From assembly GCF_963853765.1 (NCBI RefSeq), contig NC_088858.1, positions 32,922,001 through 32,986,000 on the forward strand: 64,000 nucleotides of DNA, in the 5' to 3' direction. Position 1 is the stretch's first letter, and the number at the start of each line of letters is the position of its first letter. Below are positions 50,911 to 61,885 of this stretch, in pieces. The position numbers and the translations under genes were made by a program. This stretch comes from Magallana gigas. Its lineage: Eukaryota. The notes below the pieces were generated by a model that saw nothing but the letters and a program-made list of their open reading frames with translations, had not been told where the DNA came from and did not search any database.

Positions 50911-51943
50911 TCACTTTAGATGTATGCATCGTGGACAGCACTCCCAAGGCAGTTTGATGGTATGCATTCTCGAGGTGCATGCTGGACACATGTAGTGGGT
51001 CAGTTCCACTATACCATTGACACACTTGTACTCCTTACACGGGGAAGCGTTCTCGTACGTTATCTGATCACCGTCGTCATATTCTCGACCGTTCCAATAG
51101 CAGTTATCTGGAAATGAATGAATAAATTTTGTTTATAATAAACACATTATGTATCTTGATTATGAAATTATCATCATAAGTTTTAAGGCAAATGTATTCT
51201 TAAATTTTGATTCAATCTCTTTGGAAAAATTTAACCCTTTTTACGAATGTAAATTGAAATCATTGAAGTTTTCTTTCTTTTTACCTGTTGAAATATGATA
51301 TTTATTTACCATTTATTAAAGGTTACTAAAGAATTTAATTGCCTGTATATGAAATTATGGTAATGGATATCATACTAAACAGTAAATTCAATTCAAATCT
51401 AATGATTTTTTCGTAGCATTTTAAACAAAAACCCCATAAAAATATATGTATCAGAAATATCTTTTCACTGCATTAACAAAGCAATGTTATATAAACAATT
51501 GTGATTTACAATTTATGCACCAAAACAACAAAATGAATAAATCTTAATTGGAACAGACTATATAGAAATAATTTTAACAAATGACATGATATAGACTCGA
51601 GGCTAGGAAGCAGCTCTATGTTTTTAACTTATTTTGTCAAACAAATGTCATTTAGCCCATTGTCTGTTTCTTTAGCTATCTCTATTTCATTGAAATACAT
51701 ATTTAATTTCTATGATTGATTTCATTGTGTCATGAACAAAAAAAACATAAGAAAAGAATGAAAAGTTGTGAAAAATAGAATATACTGTACAGATCTATTA
51801 GGTTTATTCTTTTCATATTACTTTTAAATGAGAAACAAAATCTATTAAAATATGTAAAAGATTAAATTATACTTACTTCCAGCATTCACTGTTGCTAAAA
51901 CAGAGAATAGAATCAGAATTCCAAACAAGCTTTTCAATGTCAT
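50911..51943 (-). CDS. Small secreted single von Willebrand factor type C domain protein, 87 aa, 8 Cys
   Basis: Exons 51877-51943 (signal peptide MTLKSLFGILILFSVLATVNAG) and 50911-51107: NNCYWNGREYDDGDQITYENASPCKEYKCVNGIVELTHYMCPACTSRMHTIKLPWECCPRCIHLK*. TATA-like tatatata at ~52035-52042 on the - strand. Confidence 0.85.
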
Positions 51944-52797
51944 AATTTGTCTAACATACAAGTTATTGCATTAACCTTGAACAAGTCACTTATACACAAT
52001 ATTGTCCAATGTTGTCCAATCACCAGTCTCCAACTATATATACTGAAGCCTGGTGGTTACCGATCGATAACTTCAATAAATTTAATTTTAAAGCTCAATC
52101 TGTCACTTGCCTGTTGCATGTTATAAAACCTATAATTGATGCCCGAGATGATGGGCCATTTTATGCTCTCAGTTGGGGGGTTATTGGTTGTCCCGGCGAT
52201 AAATACCTCTCGCCGAGGGGCTGACTTCTGTGACTTCAGACATTTATTGACATAGCATCCATTTCTTGTCTTCTCCGAAAATTCCTATTGCCAATGTTAT
52301 TCTGATATGTCATTGTTTTTCTTTAGGGAGATATTATGATAAATAAACCTTCCTGTGATTTTTTAAGGGGCAATACATAACAAATAGCCTGTCCTTGTAA
52401 AAATAACATTATTTAAAGACATGTATTGGTTACCCACGAGTTGTTTTGAGTGTGTTCATTCTTCTTAGGTTATGAAAATCGTAAATCGATCTATAAATTC
52501 ATTTTTGTTCTACATTTATTTCAATAAATATGATCCGTAGCTGAGACCATATATAGAGAGAATAAATGCATAAATAGGCTTTATTACTTTGTTTATTAAC
52601 TTTTTCTCGACATTATTATTACTTGCGATTATTTCAAACTTTTTTTTTTACAATGACACATCTCAAAAGTAATTTACACATGTCAATCAAAAATAAAATG
52701 AAGAATTAGTATAATAAATTATAAATAAATATAAAAAGAAATCATAAATAATTCGTATAGATGATTTATGTAAGCTACTGAAAGGAATGCTGCCACA

Positions 52798-54059
52798 ATG
52801 ATAGATGACGTATTATTTCACATATCATCGATTTCGTATTGTTTTGCGATATTCGTGACCTTTGTTCAAGGCAAGTCTGTCGATTATAAAGATTACAATA
52901 CGATTGAAAAAGATACTTCATGCTCTTACATTCATTAGTCATTAAAAGGAAATGGTATTATCATAATACATAAACACTACCCTGCTACCATCCTAAAATT
53001 CCATGTAAATTCATGAACCATTTTTATTTAACAATATTAAACATGCGCACTCATAAACAAACAGAACAAACAACTTGTTATGGACTAAACAAATTTTCAT
53101 TTTATTATGGAAGCGAAGCCTTAGACGAAAGTAATCTGAAAAATGCCGCATATGGTCAAATATTGTAGGAAGCTTTTAAAAAATACTAAGAAGTTGGTTA
53201 ACATCAAAGTTTTTTGCATTTCTTTATTTCAATTTAAGGTTGAAATTGATTTGTTGTGCAGTAAAAATGAATTGAAGACATGTTGGTTTTTGAGTGGAAT
53301 TAAATTTTAACGCTTTAACTTTCATTTCAGTATAGATATAAAAGTTAAGATAATAGCAAATGAAAATATATGGATCGCGATGTCATGATGTCCTTTCTAA
53401 AATTTCAACTCTAGAATGTTGAAACTTTTAGAAAATAACATTCTTTACAAAATACTTTCGATGTCAGAATAATTGTATTTTTAAGTGCAAAGTACATGGA
53501 TATTTAATTTTTTTCTTCATCAAAAATCCGGTAAAAACTAAGCATTTTAAGAAAATTTATAGGAATAACATTGAAATTGTTTACAATTGGACAACAGTTA
53601 AAAATAAAGAATACGATGACAATTTTGAAAATCGACGTTGTATTAACATGTATAATTATTGAGTCAGCATTTTTCCTATTCTCATTTGTGGATTACCACA
53701 CTGTAATGCTTTAATGCATGCATTCTTTATAACTAATAAACTACTCCTTTATTTCATTGTTGATACCTTTTATCATCACATATCTATCAATGAACTGTAA
53801 TTATGTGCAACAATGCATTTTGGGGGAATAGTATATTTCCATTTCTTGAATTGCGGTTGTCACTTATTATTTTTTTTTTTTTGTATTCTTAACAGATCTT
53901 GCCATCACATGACGGGAATACTAATTTAAGGTCATCTGTGGTCTAACTGTGGTAGACCAACTGAGAGCCCAGTACTTTCGTCGATTGTTTTATGTCCTTT
54001 TGAAGGTAATTGCCTCAGAATTGTCAGCGAGGTGACGCTATTTACATCTGTCGATGGAC
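52798..54059 (+). CDS. Partial gene, possibly ML-domain (GM2-activator/NPC2-like); only two exons assignable
   Basis: Exon 52798-52870 (gccacaATG; MIDDVLFHISSISYCFAIFVTFVQ; donor CAAG|GCAAGT) and exon 53931-54059 (GHLWSNCGRPTESPVLSSIVLCPFEGNCLRIVSEVTLFTSVDG; donor gtaag). WSNCG after a signal peptide recalls GM2A FSWDNC. Downstream exons not found. Confidence 0.4.
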
Positions 54060-55559
54060 GTAAGCAAAGAGTGGAGATAGTTCAAAAGTTGTTTTCTTTC
54101 TCTCTTTTTTCATTAATCTTCCGATTTTCTCGGCATTTGGTGGTGTGCAGAGCACATACTAGTATTCTTTATCTTTAAATTTCAAGTTAACTGGAATCTC
54201 ATTTATTAAAAATGCAAAGAGTTGTATCTATTTTATAAATTCGTTATTGTTTCTCATAAGGTCAAGATCTAGTAAATGAATCCAGAATGTCTTTTTGGTG
54301 CTATATCCATTATGACGTCATAATGTATTTGATATATCTTCCCACCTAATTTATCACTATCTGGGAATTATATAAAACAAAACATTTTCTTGAGATTCCA
54401 TTTGAAATATTACAAATAAAACGTTATTTTGATAACTGTCTTCAATTTAATATCATTTTAAAGAAGAGGTCAACAACTTTTTATATGCCGTTTTTAGAAG
54501 AATAAAAAACTGTTAGCATTCTGGATATATTTCATTTGTGAAAAAGGGGAAAACATTGGTTTCCTGCATATTTCCTTGAAAATGACAGTTTAAAACACGA
54601 CTTTTTACAGTGTTTAAAATTAAGCCCCGGTATACCTTATGAAACCAAGCTATTGTTTAGATAATAGTCATTGAGACTCAATGAATCTCTTGTACTCGAA
54701 TGTTATTGGTGCTAAATACGTAAAAGCAAAATTTGCCTGCCATCATCTTGACCTTAAGAAAACAGACGGTGGACATTTTCAGTGTTTCAGTTGACGTAAA
54801 AGATGAGCGCCAAACGTTAAAACGTCAGAGTAAACCCCCACACGCCATAAAATAACACCAACGCAGGACATATATTTCTATTAACGTGTCATGAAAGACC
54901 AAATGCAACAGTAAGAAGATGGTACAAGTAATTAAAGAAGGCTGTTTTTGTCTATATAAGAAGGACAGCTGTACAAGTTTATGATTAATGCTAGCTTTTC
55001 AAACAAACCGTTGGTTATGTAAAGTAAGAATTTTTTTGTGGTGTCGTTTTTATCACATGTATTTGTGTTATTAAGAATGGGTCCGGCATTTCAGCATTTC
55101 TATCTTGTTTTCTTATTCACATTTGTGAAACTTACTTTATTTCTTATTAAAGACAAAATTTTAAAAAAATCAAAATCTGTTGCGTACACATATCACGTGC
55201 ACGTATCATTTTGGATTATGGTTCTTCTTCCTTGTTAGAACTGAAGTACTCCTTGTGATTCTCTAACATTTAATGCTGAAATCAAAGGGTACAAGTGGTC
55301 AACAGATTAATAAATCTCAAAATATTTAATAATTTGTTACAATGTAATACGAGTGGAAAAAAATGTCAGAAACTGTAAGAATTATACTAGAATTAATGAA
55401 AAAAATAATTTCGATACATTGTAAACTGTGAAAGAAATAGATAGATAATAACTTTTCACCAAAATATATAAATATTTTGGCCCAAAACAACTATAGATTT
55501 CAGTATCTGTAATTATCATTGTACTTCATTAAAAAGACGTTAAGTGGACTTCAGTTTTT

Positions 55560-56620
55560 AAAAAGTTGTTTATGTTGCTGTGGCATAATTTGTTGTTGTG
55601 GGTGTTTATGATGTTATTTACTGTTGTATATATTGTTGTGTGGTAAGTTTTTTTGTAGTAAAAGTTATAGTGTTCTTTTTAGTTTGTTATTTTAAAAGTT
55701 TCTTTGTTGTTATTGTATTACTGTAGAGAAAAATGTGGGGATAAAGTTTATTTTATGTCCTTGGGGTGTTATTTGTTGTTATATTATTTTTATGCCCTTG
55801 GTGTGTTATTTGTTGTTATAGGTATTTTTGTTGGTGTTATTTATTGTTGTAGGTGTTGTTATGTAGTTTTGTAGGTATCTGTGTTTGTGTTTTGTTTAAA
55901 ATGCTATTGTGTAGTTATTTCTTGTTCTATGTTTTTGAGCATTATTTGTTGATGGAATTATTTCTGAGGGGTCATTTGTTGTTGTAGATTTTTCTGTCGT
56001 ATTAATTGTGGCTGTAAGTTTTATTTTGATGTTCATTGTTGTTGAACTTTTTGTATAATATTTGAAAATATAATGCTGGCCTAATCTGCATTTGTATATG
56101 TGGTGTTACTTGTTTTTGCTGATGTTGTGGTTTTTTAAGTTGTTGTAAATATTGCTGTTTAGTGCGTGGTTTATATATTGTTGTAAATGTTGCTGTGTGG
56201 AGTGTGGTTTATATGTTGTTGTAAATGTTGATGTGTGGAGTGTGGTTTATATGTTGTTGTAAATGTTGCTGTGTGGAGTGTGGTTTATATGTTGTTGTAA
56301 ATGTTGCTGTGTGGAGTGTGGTTTATATGTTGTTGTAAATGTTGCTGTGTGGAGTGTGGTTTATATGTTGTTGTAAATGTTGCTGTGTGGAGTGTGGTTT
56401 ATATGGTGTTGTAAATGTTGCTGTGTGGAGTGTGGTTTATATGTTGTTGTAAATGTTTCTGTGTGGAGTGTGGTTTATATGTTGTTGTAAATGTTGCTGT
56501 GTGGAGTGGGGTTTATATGTTGTTGTAAATGTTGCTGTGTGGTGTGTGGTTTTGTATATTGTTGTAAATATTGCTTTGTGGTTTGTGGTTATTTAAGTTG
56601 TTACATTGTAAAGGTTCTGT
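55560..56620 (-). pseudogene. Decayed Thr-rich, mucin-like tract
   Basis: Extreme strand bias (G+T on +, A+C on -). Minus-strand pieces read SSTTMNIKIKLTATINTTEKSTTTNDPSEIIPSTNN and ITTNHKAIFTTIYKTTHHTATFTTT, broken by stops and frameshifts. Confidence 0.5.
56140..56590. repeat. 38-bp minisatellite, about 9 near-identical copies plus degenerate flanking units
   Basis: Unit gttgttgtaaatgttgctgtgtggagtgtggtttatat; the terminal unit near 56520-56558 is 39 bp. Confidence 0.95.
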
Positions 56621-57662
56621 TAGGTCTTTAGATGGTATAAAAGGAAGAGAAACTTACTATTTATTTATAGGCAAGGTAAATAGGTTATGAAAATTAGTAA
56701 ACTGAGTAAATTTCTTGACAGCCGTGTAAATAAGAGGTGCAATAGGAGATCCAATAGATGTTTCAGTAGCGGATTTGCTACTGCTTCAGCTTCATCACCT
56801 TGATGAAATGAAGGAAAAAAATCCAATAACAAAATTGCAACCGCTTTTTTCCAAGTGTCTTCCTTGATACTTTTCAAAACTCCTGCTGAAAAAGACGTTT
56901 TAATTAAACTTCACATATGTACGTTAAATTTGATCATAATTGTGTTTGTATCCTCAAATTAAAAAAAAAGTCATCTGTTTATTATTCTGCATCACCACAT
57001 ATTTGATTATATCTAAGGAAAGTTCATTACGCTAAGTTGTTTTCGCCGCTTTTTTCCATTATTCCTAAGATCATACTTCCAAAATGAAAATATTGATCGC
57101 AAATTTACTTACAGATAATTTGCCTTCATGGGCACGTACTCTGGGCTATAAATCAGAGACTCTACGTACATGTATTGTCGTGTAAAGCAGAATGCAGAAG
57201 TTGCAGACTTTTAATGTGCATAGTTAATATTTGATGCAAATGTAGATGCATTGTACTCATGGTGAATAAGGAAATGTAGATCATATATTTTAAAAAGACA
57301 CATCGACACAATGCAATTAAACATAATTAATCAGAATAGCATTTTATCAATAACATCTGCCAGTAACAGATTTAAATTCTGCATTTTAGGAGGATAATGA
57401 TATGACAATTAATGCATTGTAATTAAAAAATGACACATTACAAGTTAATGGCATTTAAGACTAATGAAATGCCCTGAACAATCTTCAATGTAAATACATT
57501 ATTTTTTCATCCATTCTCTACAATTTCATAATCATGATTTAAAACAATATTATCTTTTAACATATTTTTTCTCTCAATAACTTCAATCACCATAAAAACA
57601 ACGTCTTAACAATACACATACGACGTGATTCGAATTTATTTATTTTATTAATTCACAAAACG

Positions 57663-57665
<3 letters not shown>

Positions 57666-57742
<77 letters not shown>
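57666..57742. repeat. (TA)n microsatellite, ~38 units
   Basis: Directly visible. Confidence 0.98.
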
Positions 57743-57744
<2 letters not shown>

Positions 57745-59355
57745 GTTTTTTGTTCCTGGTTTATCCAAGGTGGAGGTCTTAGCACTGTTATGAGTGCTAT
57801 AAATAAAATCCAACCATACGCACAACTCGGACCCAACACACATTTTTCTTGAATCCGTATCTATTTCTCCTTAATCGATGCACAAAGCCACAAAACCGTT
57901 CTGATAATGCATTATCGCTTGCTTCTGTAGAATCAGTGCATGTTGCAAGTGAATAAGAGCATAAAACCAGCTAAGGTACACCAAAAATAAGTTATCTTTT
58001 CACATTAGAAAGGATTTGGGAACTTGTGTTCATCCTTTTGATGAATAAATGCATGATCCTTCCAGAATCTTAATTAAAGGAAAATTACGGTTTCACATGT
58101 AATTCTAGCTATCAGGTTTGCTTTGGAGAACTTCTGCCTTGTCAGCAAAAGGCCTCGAGCTTACATATTGCAACCGAATGCAATTGACTTGTACTGGAGT
58201 TAAACTTATTAATTTTGTTAAGAAACTTATTTTTAAAAGAAAGGTAGTGGGAGAAAAAATTGCTATTTTTTATATTGAAAAATATAGAGCTCACATTTTC
58301 GGTGTTTATAACCGTCATTTCATTTGAAAACAGAAAAAAATTCTGATTTGAAAAATAACTTGGGTAAGAGGAATGCGGATGTTTTAATAAACATAAAAAA
58401 AGTAAATGCAATCTTTTGTGTGAAAGTTCATGTTCATAAAATTCGTATAAATTTGAGAGACAAGTATACAAAAACACTATCAATGAATAGATATAAATTG
58501 GTTAAAAACATCTTTCGTTAGCCCAATTTTCCTTTAGGGTTTATTTCATATACATAAATATGTGGAAAATCCACTTCTTTAAATCGTAAGAAAAATAAAT
58601 GTAAAAAAAAAAACCCCTGAATAATTGTCCGTGGTTTACACGACTTCACTGTATATCATTCGCTTCAATCGAGTTGCTCATCTCGGGAAACGTTATTCAT
58701 TGTGATTTAAGACCGGGATTTACCAAAATTCGCCCAGAACGCGAATTTCATCTACATTTTTAAATAACGATGCTCTTTGATCCCATTCAGAGTGGTCATT
58801 TAGGAGTCGGTAGTGATGAAATTGGCAGCAATATGAGAACAAACACGATCGATAGAAGAAGATCCTTGCCTAGAAGAACTATCCCTCTTACTTTTGACTT
58901 TTCCAATAGCCATATATCGCCAACAGAGTGATTGACACTGCTTTGTTTTTTGCCATTTATTATCGGTTTCGCCTCAGCAAAACATTTCCCATTGGAATTT
59001 ATATTTTATCTATGAAAACTCTGCGACTCTCTTTCTCTCTCTGTCTCACTCCTATTGCACAATATTGAATTTTCGTTACTAACGAGAATTCATCAGATAT
59101 TCAGTGTATGTGAAACAAATTATTTACGAACAAAGGATATGTTCAAGATATAATCTTCCCGATTTTGTGATCCGTGGTCCTTAATTACCAGACATTGTGT
59201 GTTTCAATTATGTTTCTATGAAGACCCTAAAAAATTCAAATTTGCAAATTTGACGATAAATCGATACTGCTGTTTGTCCGTATGCCATCACCGTTGCGAT
59301 CAAAATACGGTTGCCAAGTTCAGAGACAGGGATAAGAGGGGAAATTTGAGAGTAC

Positions 59356-59854
59356 CAGGGGAATCTATCCTCGTATGAACGCGAGCAGTATAATAGAAGA
59401 CATCGTTGTGGAAATGTAATTTATCATCGTCATTAGTCTTGATTGTCACTTTTTTTGCAACACAATCAAGTTGGCAAACATTCATGCTACATACATATTC
59501 AACATATCATCGGCTTCTTTTCAATAACTCAAATGCCTTCATTTTTTTCTTGAATTTCAGAAGGAAAGATGTATCTTTCAGCAACAAAATAAATTAAAAT
59601 GTTTTTGTTGATCCCGATTTCATTTTTTTTCTCTCTTTAAAATCCAGTAAGAACAATAAAGTTGTTAAATGACAATGGGTAAGATAACACGAAGAAAATT
59701 TTCTTTCGCGATTACTCCAGGGGCTAACAACAATCAAGTGAGTGCAATAGCTTTATTGATCCTATCTTTCTTCCTAAGATCCCTGATAGTTCTATTACAG
59801 GGTGGTTAATATTTCAATCGGGGTTTCTCTCTCTCTCATTCTCTGTCATTCTCT

Positions 59855-59895
<41 letters not shown>

Positions 59896-61585
59896 GTATT
59901 TTTTTTAAAATGCATTTGGCAAGACACCTAGTCATTAGGTGGCTCGTGACTTTTGTACACAGAACATAGGGGCTTCTTATCAACATTATGAAATACAGTG
60001 TATACATACAAACTTGAAATGTAGTCGATGCAAAGCATTCATAATTCAAATTTCCAGCTGCGTAATATAATTTTCATTATACCCTGGCAAAACTGTAGAA
60101 TGCATCAATTCATTAAAAAATGATAGTATTGACGGGTAGTTAATCAGCAATATTTACACAGTTTTAGATAAACAAATCAATTTTGTAATATTGTAATATC
60201 GTATCATGCGCGTTTCTCGTTTTCAATAATTTTATTTAGGCATCAAATAAATTATTCCTTAAGGGGGATGTGCGGCCATCTTTTACATTTGACAAGAAAA
60301 ATGTCAACAGTTCTTGAACTGGCTTGCTTCTGTCCAAAACTTAATAAAACTGTTGTCAAAAGATACAAAAGCAAGAAACATGACGCGTACGTCCTAAGTA
60401 TTGTTTTGTATGCTAATTACGCATACAAGGGCAGAACAAAGCATTTTTAAAACACTTAGAACTGCGCAGCTACATACTTAAAGCTGCTTGGTCCAATTTT
60501 TTTGTTATTACAGTATTAAATTTTTTTCTATAGAAACCATTTATCTTAGAAAGTTATGGACTTTCTCCTATTTACATCAGCAGAATCAGTCTCTTTTCAA
60601 AGTTATAAATATTCAAAGTAAATAAAAATCATTTCTTTTTGGGCAAACGAAAAAACAAACCAAAATGCATCACGGGAATGTTTAGAAAAGGAAACCGTTT
60701 GGTTTCGTCCCCCGAACAATTGGGGTTATTCAACCCGTGTGCTATGCATCGATTGTAAAGAAAGCAAACTTCAAAAATATTAGCGAACAAAACGTACACA
60801 TGTTTATTTGTAATTTGTCTGATCATTTCGACCTTTATTTAAAGCAATGTCAAAGTCGTAATACAACCATACCCGTCTCGTCGTCAGGGGTGAACTTTAA
60901 CATGAGGCGAAATAACGCAGAACCCTTTTATGTCGTTTGTTTTGTAAGCAAATTTTGTGCGTATTTTCTTCATTGAAATTTGGTTTAATTGACTGGGAAA
61001 ACTACTGCAATGTCTATCATTATACATATACTTAGCATAACCATCGTTTAAGAGCGTACAAAAAGATTGATATTAAATCGGACCAAGCAGCTTTAAATTT
61101 AAGATTTCAAAAATCTGGAAAAAAAACTTGCTTATATAAGTTGTAACCTTGTCTCAAAAGAGGGTAGCGTATTCTTAAAATGAATCTTTAAATCCATCAA
61201 TTTGCACGAAAACAATTTTCTTACGGAGATGTTTACATTTTTTTTCCATTCGGAAGTACTCGAGATACCTCACGCAATTTTTCAACGTTATCATCCGGGC
61301 TTATTAATGGCTGATGCAATGCAAAATCCCCGTAGACTTTCTATTTTGGGATGTGTATTGAAACCTGAAGCGGTCGAGGGGGCGTTTCAAAACAGTTGAT
61401 CTGGACATTTTTCATATTATTGGATGAACGTTGTTTGAGCACAAAGGTATTTATGATTATCGAAATATCAAGGAAAAAGTGGTGGAGGCAAAAACTCGGG
61501 ACAGAGTTTAATATAATTTGAATCTCTAACATGATGACTGATCCTTGTGGTTCTCCAGCATCATCTATTTTGAACAAAGACATGT
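59356..61585 (-). CDS. Tentative multi-exon gene fragment, possibly with a SEA-like domain; both ends undefined
   Basis: Phase-compatible candidate exons 61365-61585, 60873-60924, 60661-60768, 59928-60057, 59356-59486 give ..GSVIMLEIQIILNSVPSFCLHHFFLDISIIINTFVLKQ..VQINCFETPPRPLQGSALFRLMLKFTPDDETVCFLYNRC... Some donors are weak. Confidence 0.35.
59826..59892. repeat. (CT)n microsatellite with cattctctgt variants
   Basis: Directly visible. Confidence 0.95.
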
Positions 61586-61793
61586 CTTTTGAAAATACAT
61601 ATCAATTAGTGTAAGATTGGAAAATCGTACACTAAATGCTATTTCCAATTGTTAGAAAATCTAAACACCAACAGCAATAACCGCTTTCAATATCTTCAAA
61701 ACAGGTATATGTACTTAGTGCAGTGTACATATACATGTATATAAGACATTCAATTTCCTATTAGCTTTGATATTGCAAAAGTTATCCAAATTG

Positions 61794-61883
<90 letters not shown>
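61794..61883. repeat. (CT)n microsatellite, ~44 units
   Basis: Directly visible. Confidence 0.98.

Positions 61884-61885
<2 letters not shown>

Noticed and set aside
56140-56590. CRISPR-like appearance of the 38-bp (and 33-bp) arrays
   Set aside because: Head-to-tail tandem repeats with no unique spacers and no cas genes, in eukaryotic DNA.
57640-57843. IYIYIY ORFs and an adjacent tagcact-N6-agtgcta hairpin (Helitron/Helentron-like end)
   Set aside because: The ORFs come from (TA)n; the hairpin lacks a clear CTRR terminus or matching 5' end.
58790-58960. Open frames on both strands (SGHLGVGS..SPTE* on +; hydrophobic LLLSIVFVLILLP on -)
   Set aside because: Mutually exclusive readings; neither could be linked in phase with confidence.
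59060-59100. CTGATGA...GAAA hammerhead-ribozyme-like core on the - strand
   Set aside because: Stem II is unbalanced and stems I/III do not form; other CTGANGA hits I checked also failed.
60259-60482. Possible TTAA-flanked Kolobok-like element
   Set aside because: Terminal complementarity is too weak.
60640-60780. + strand NASRECLEKETVWF..NNWGYS..C resembling a secretin-GPCR hormone-binding motif
   Set aside because: It ends in a stop with no usable splice donor or further GPCR exons; the opposite strand gives a better phase-consistent exon.
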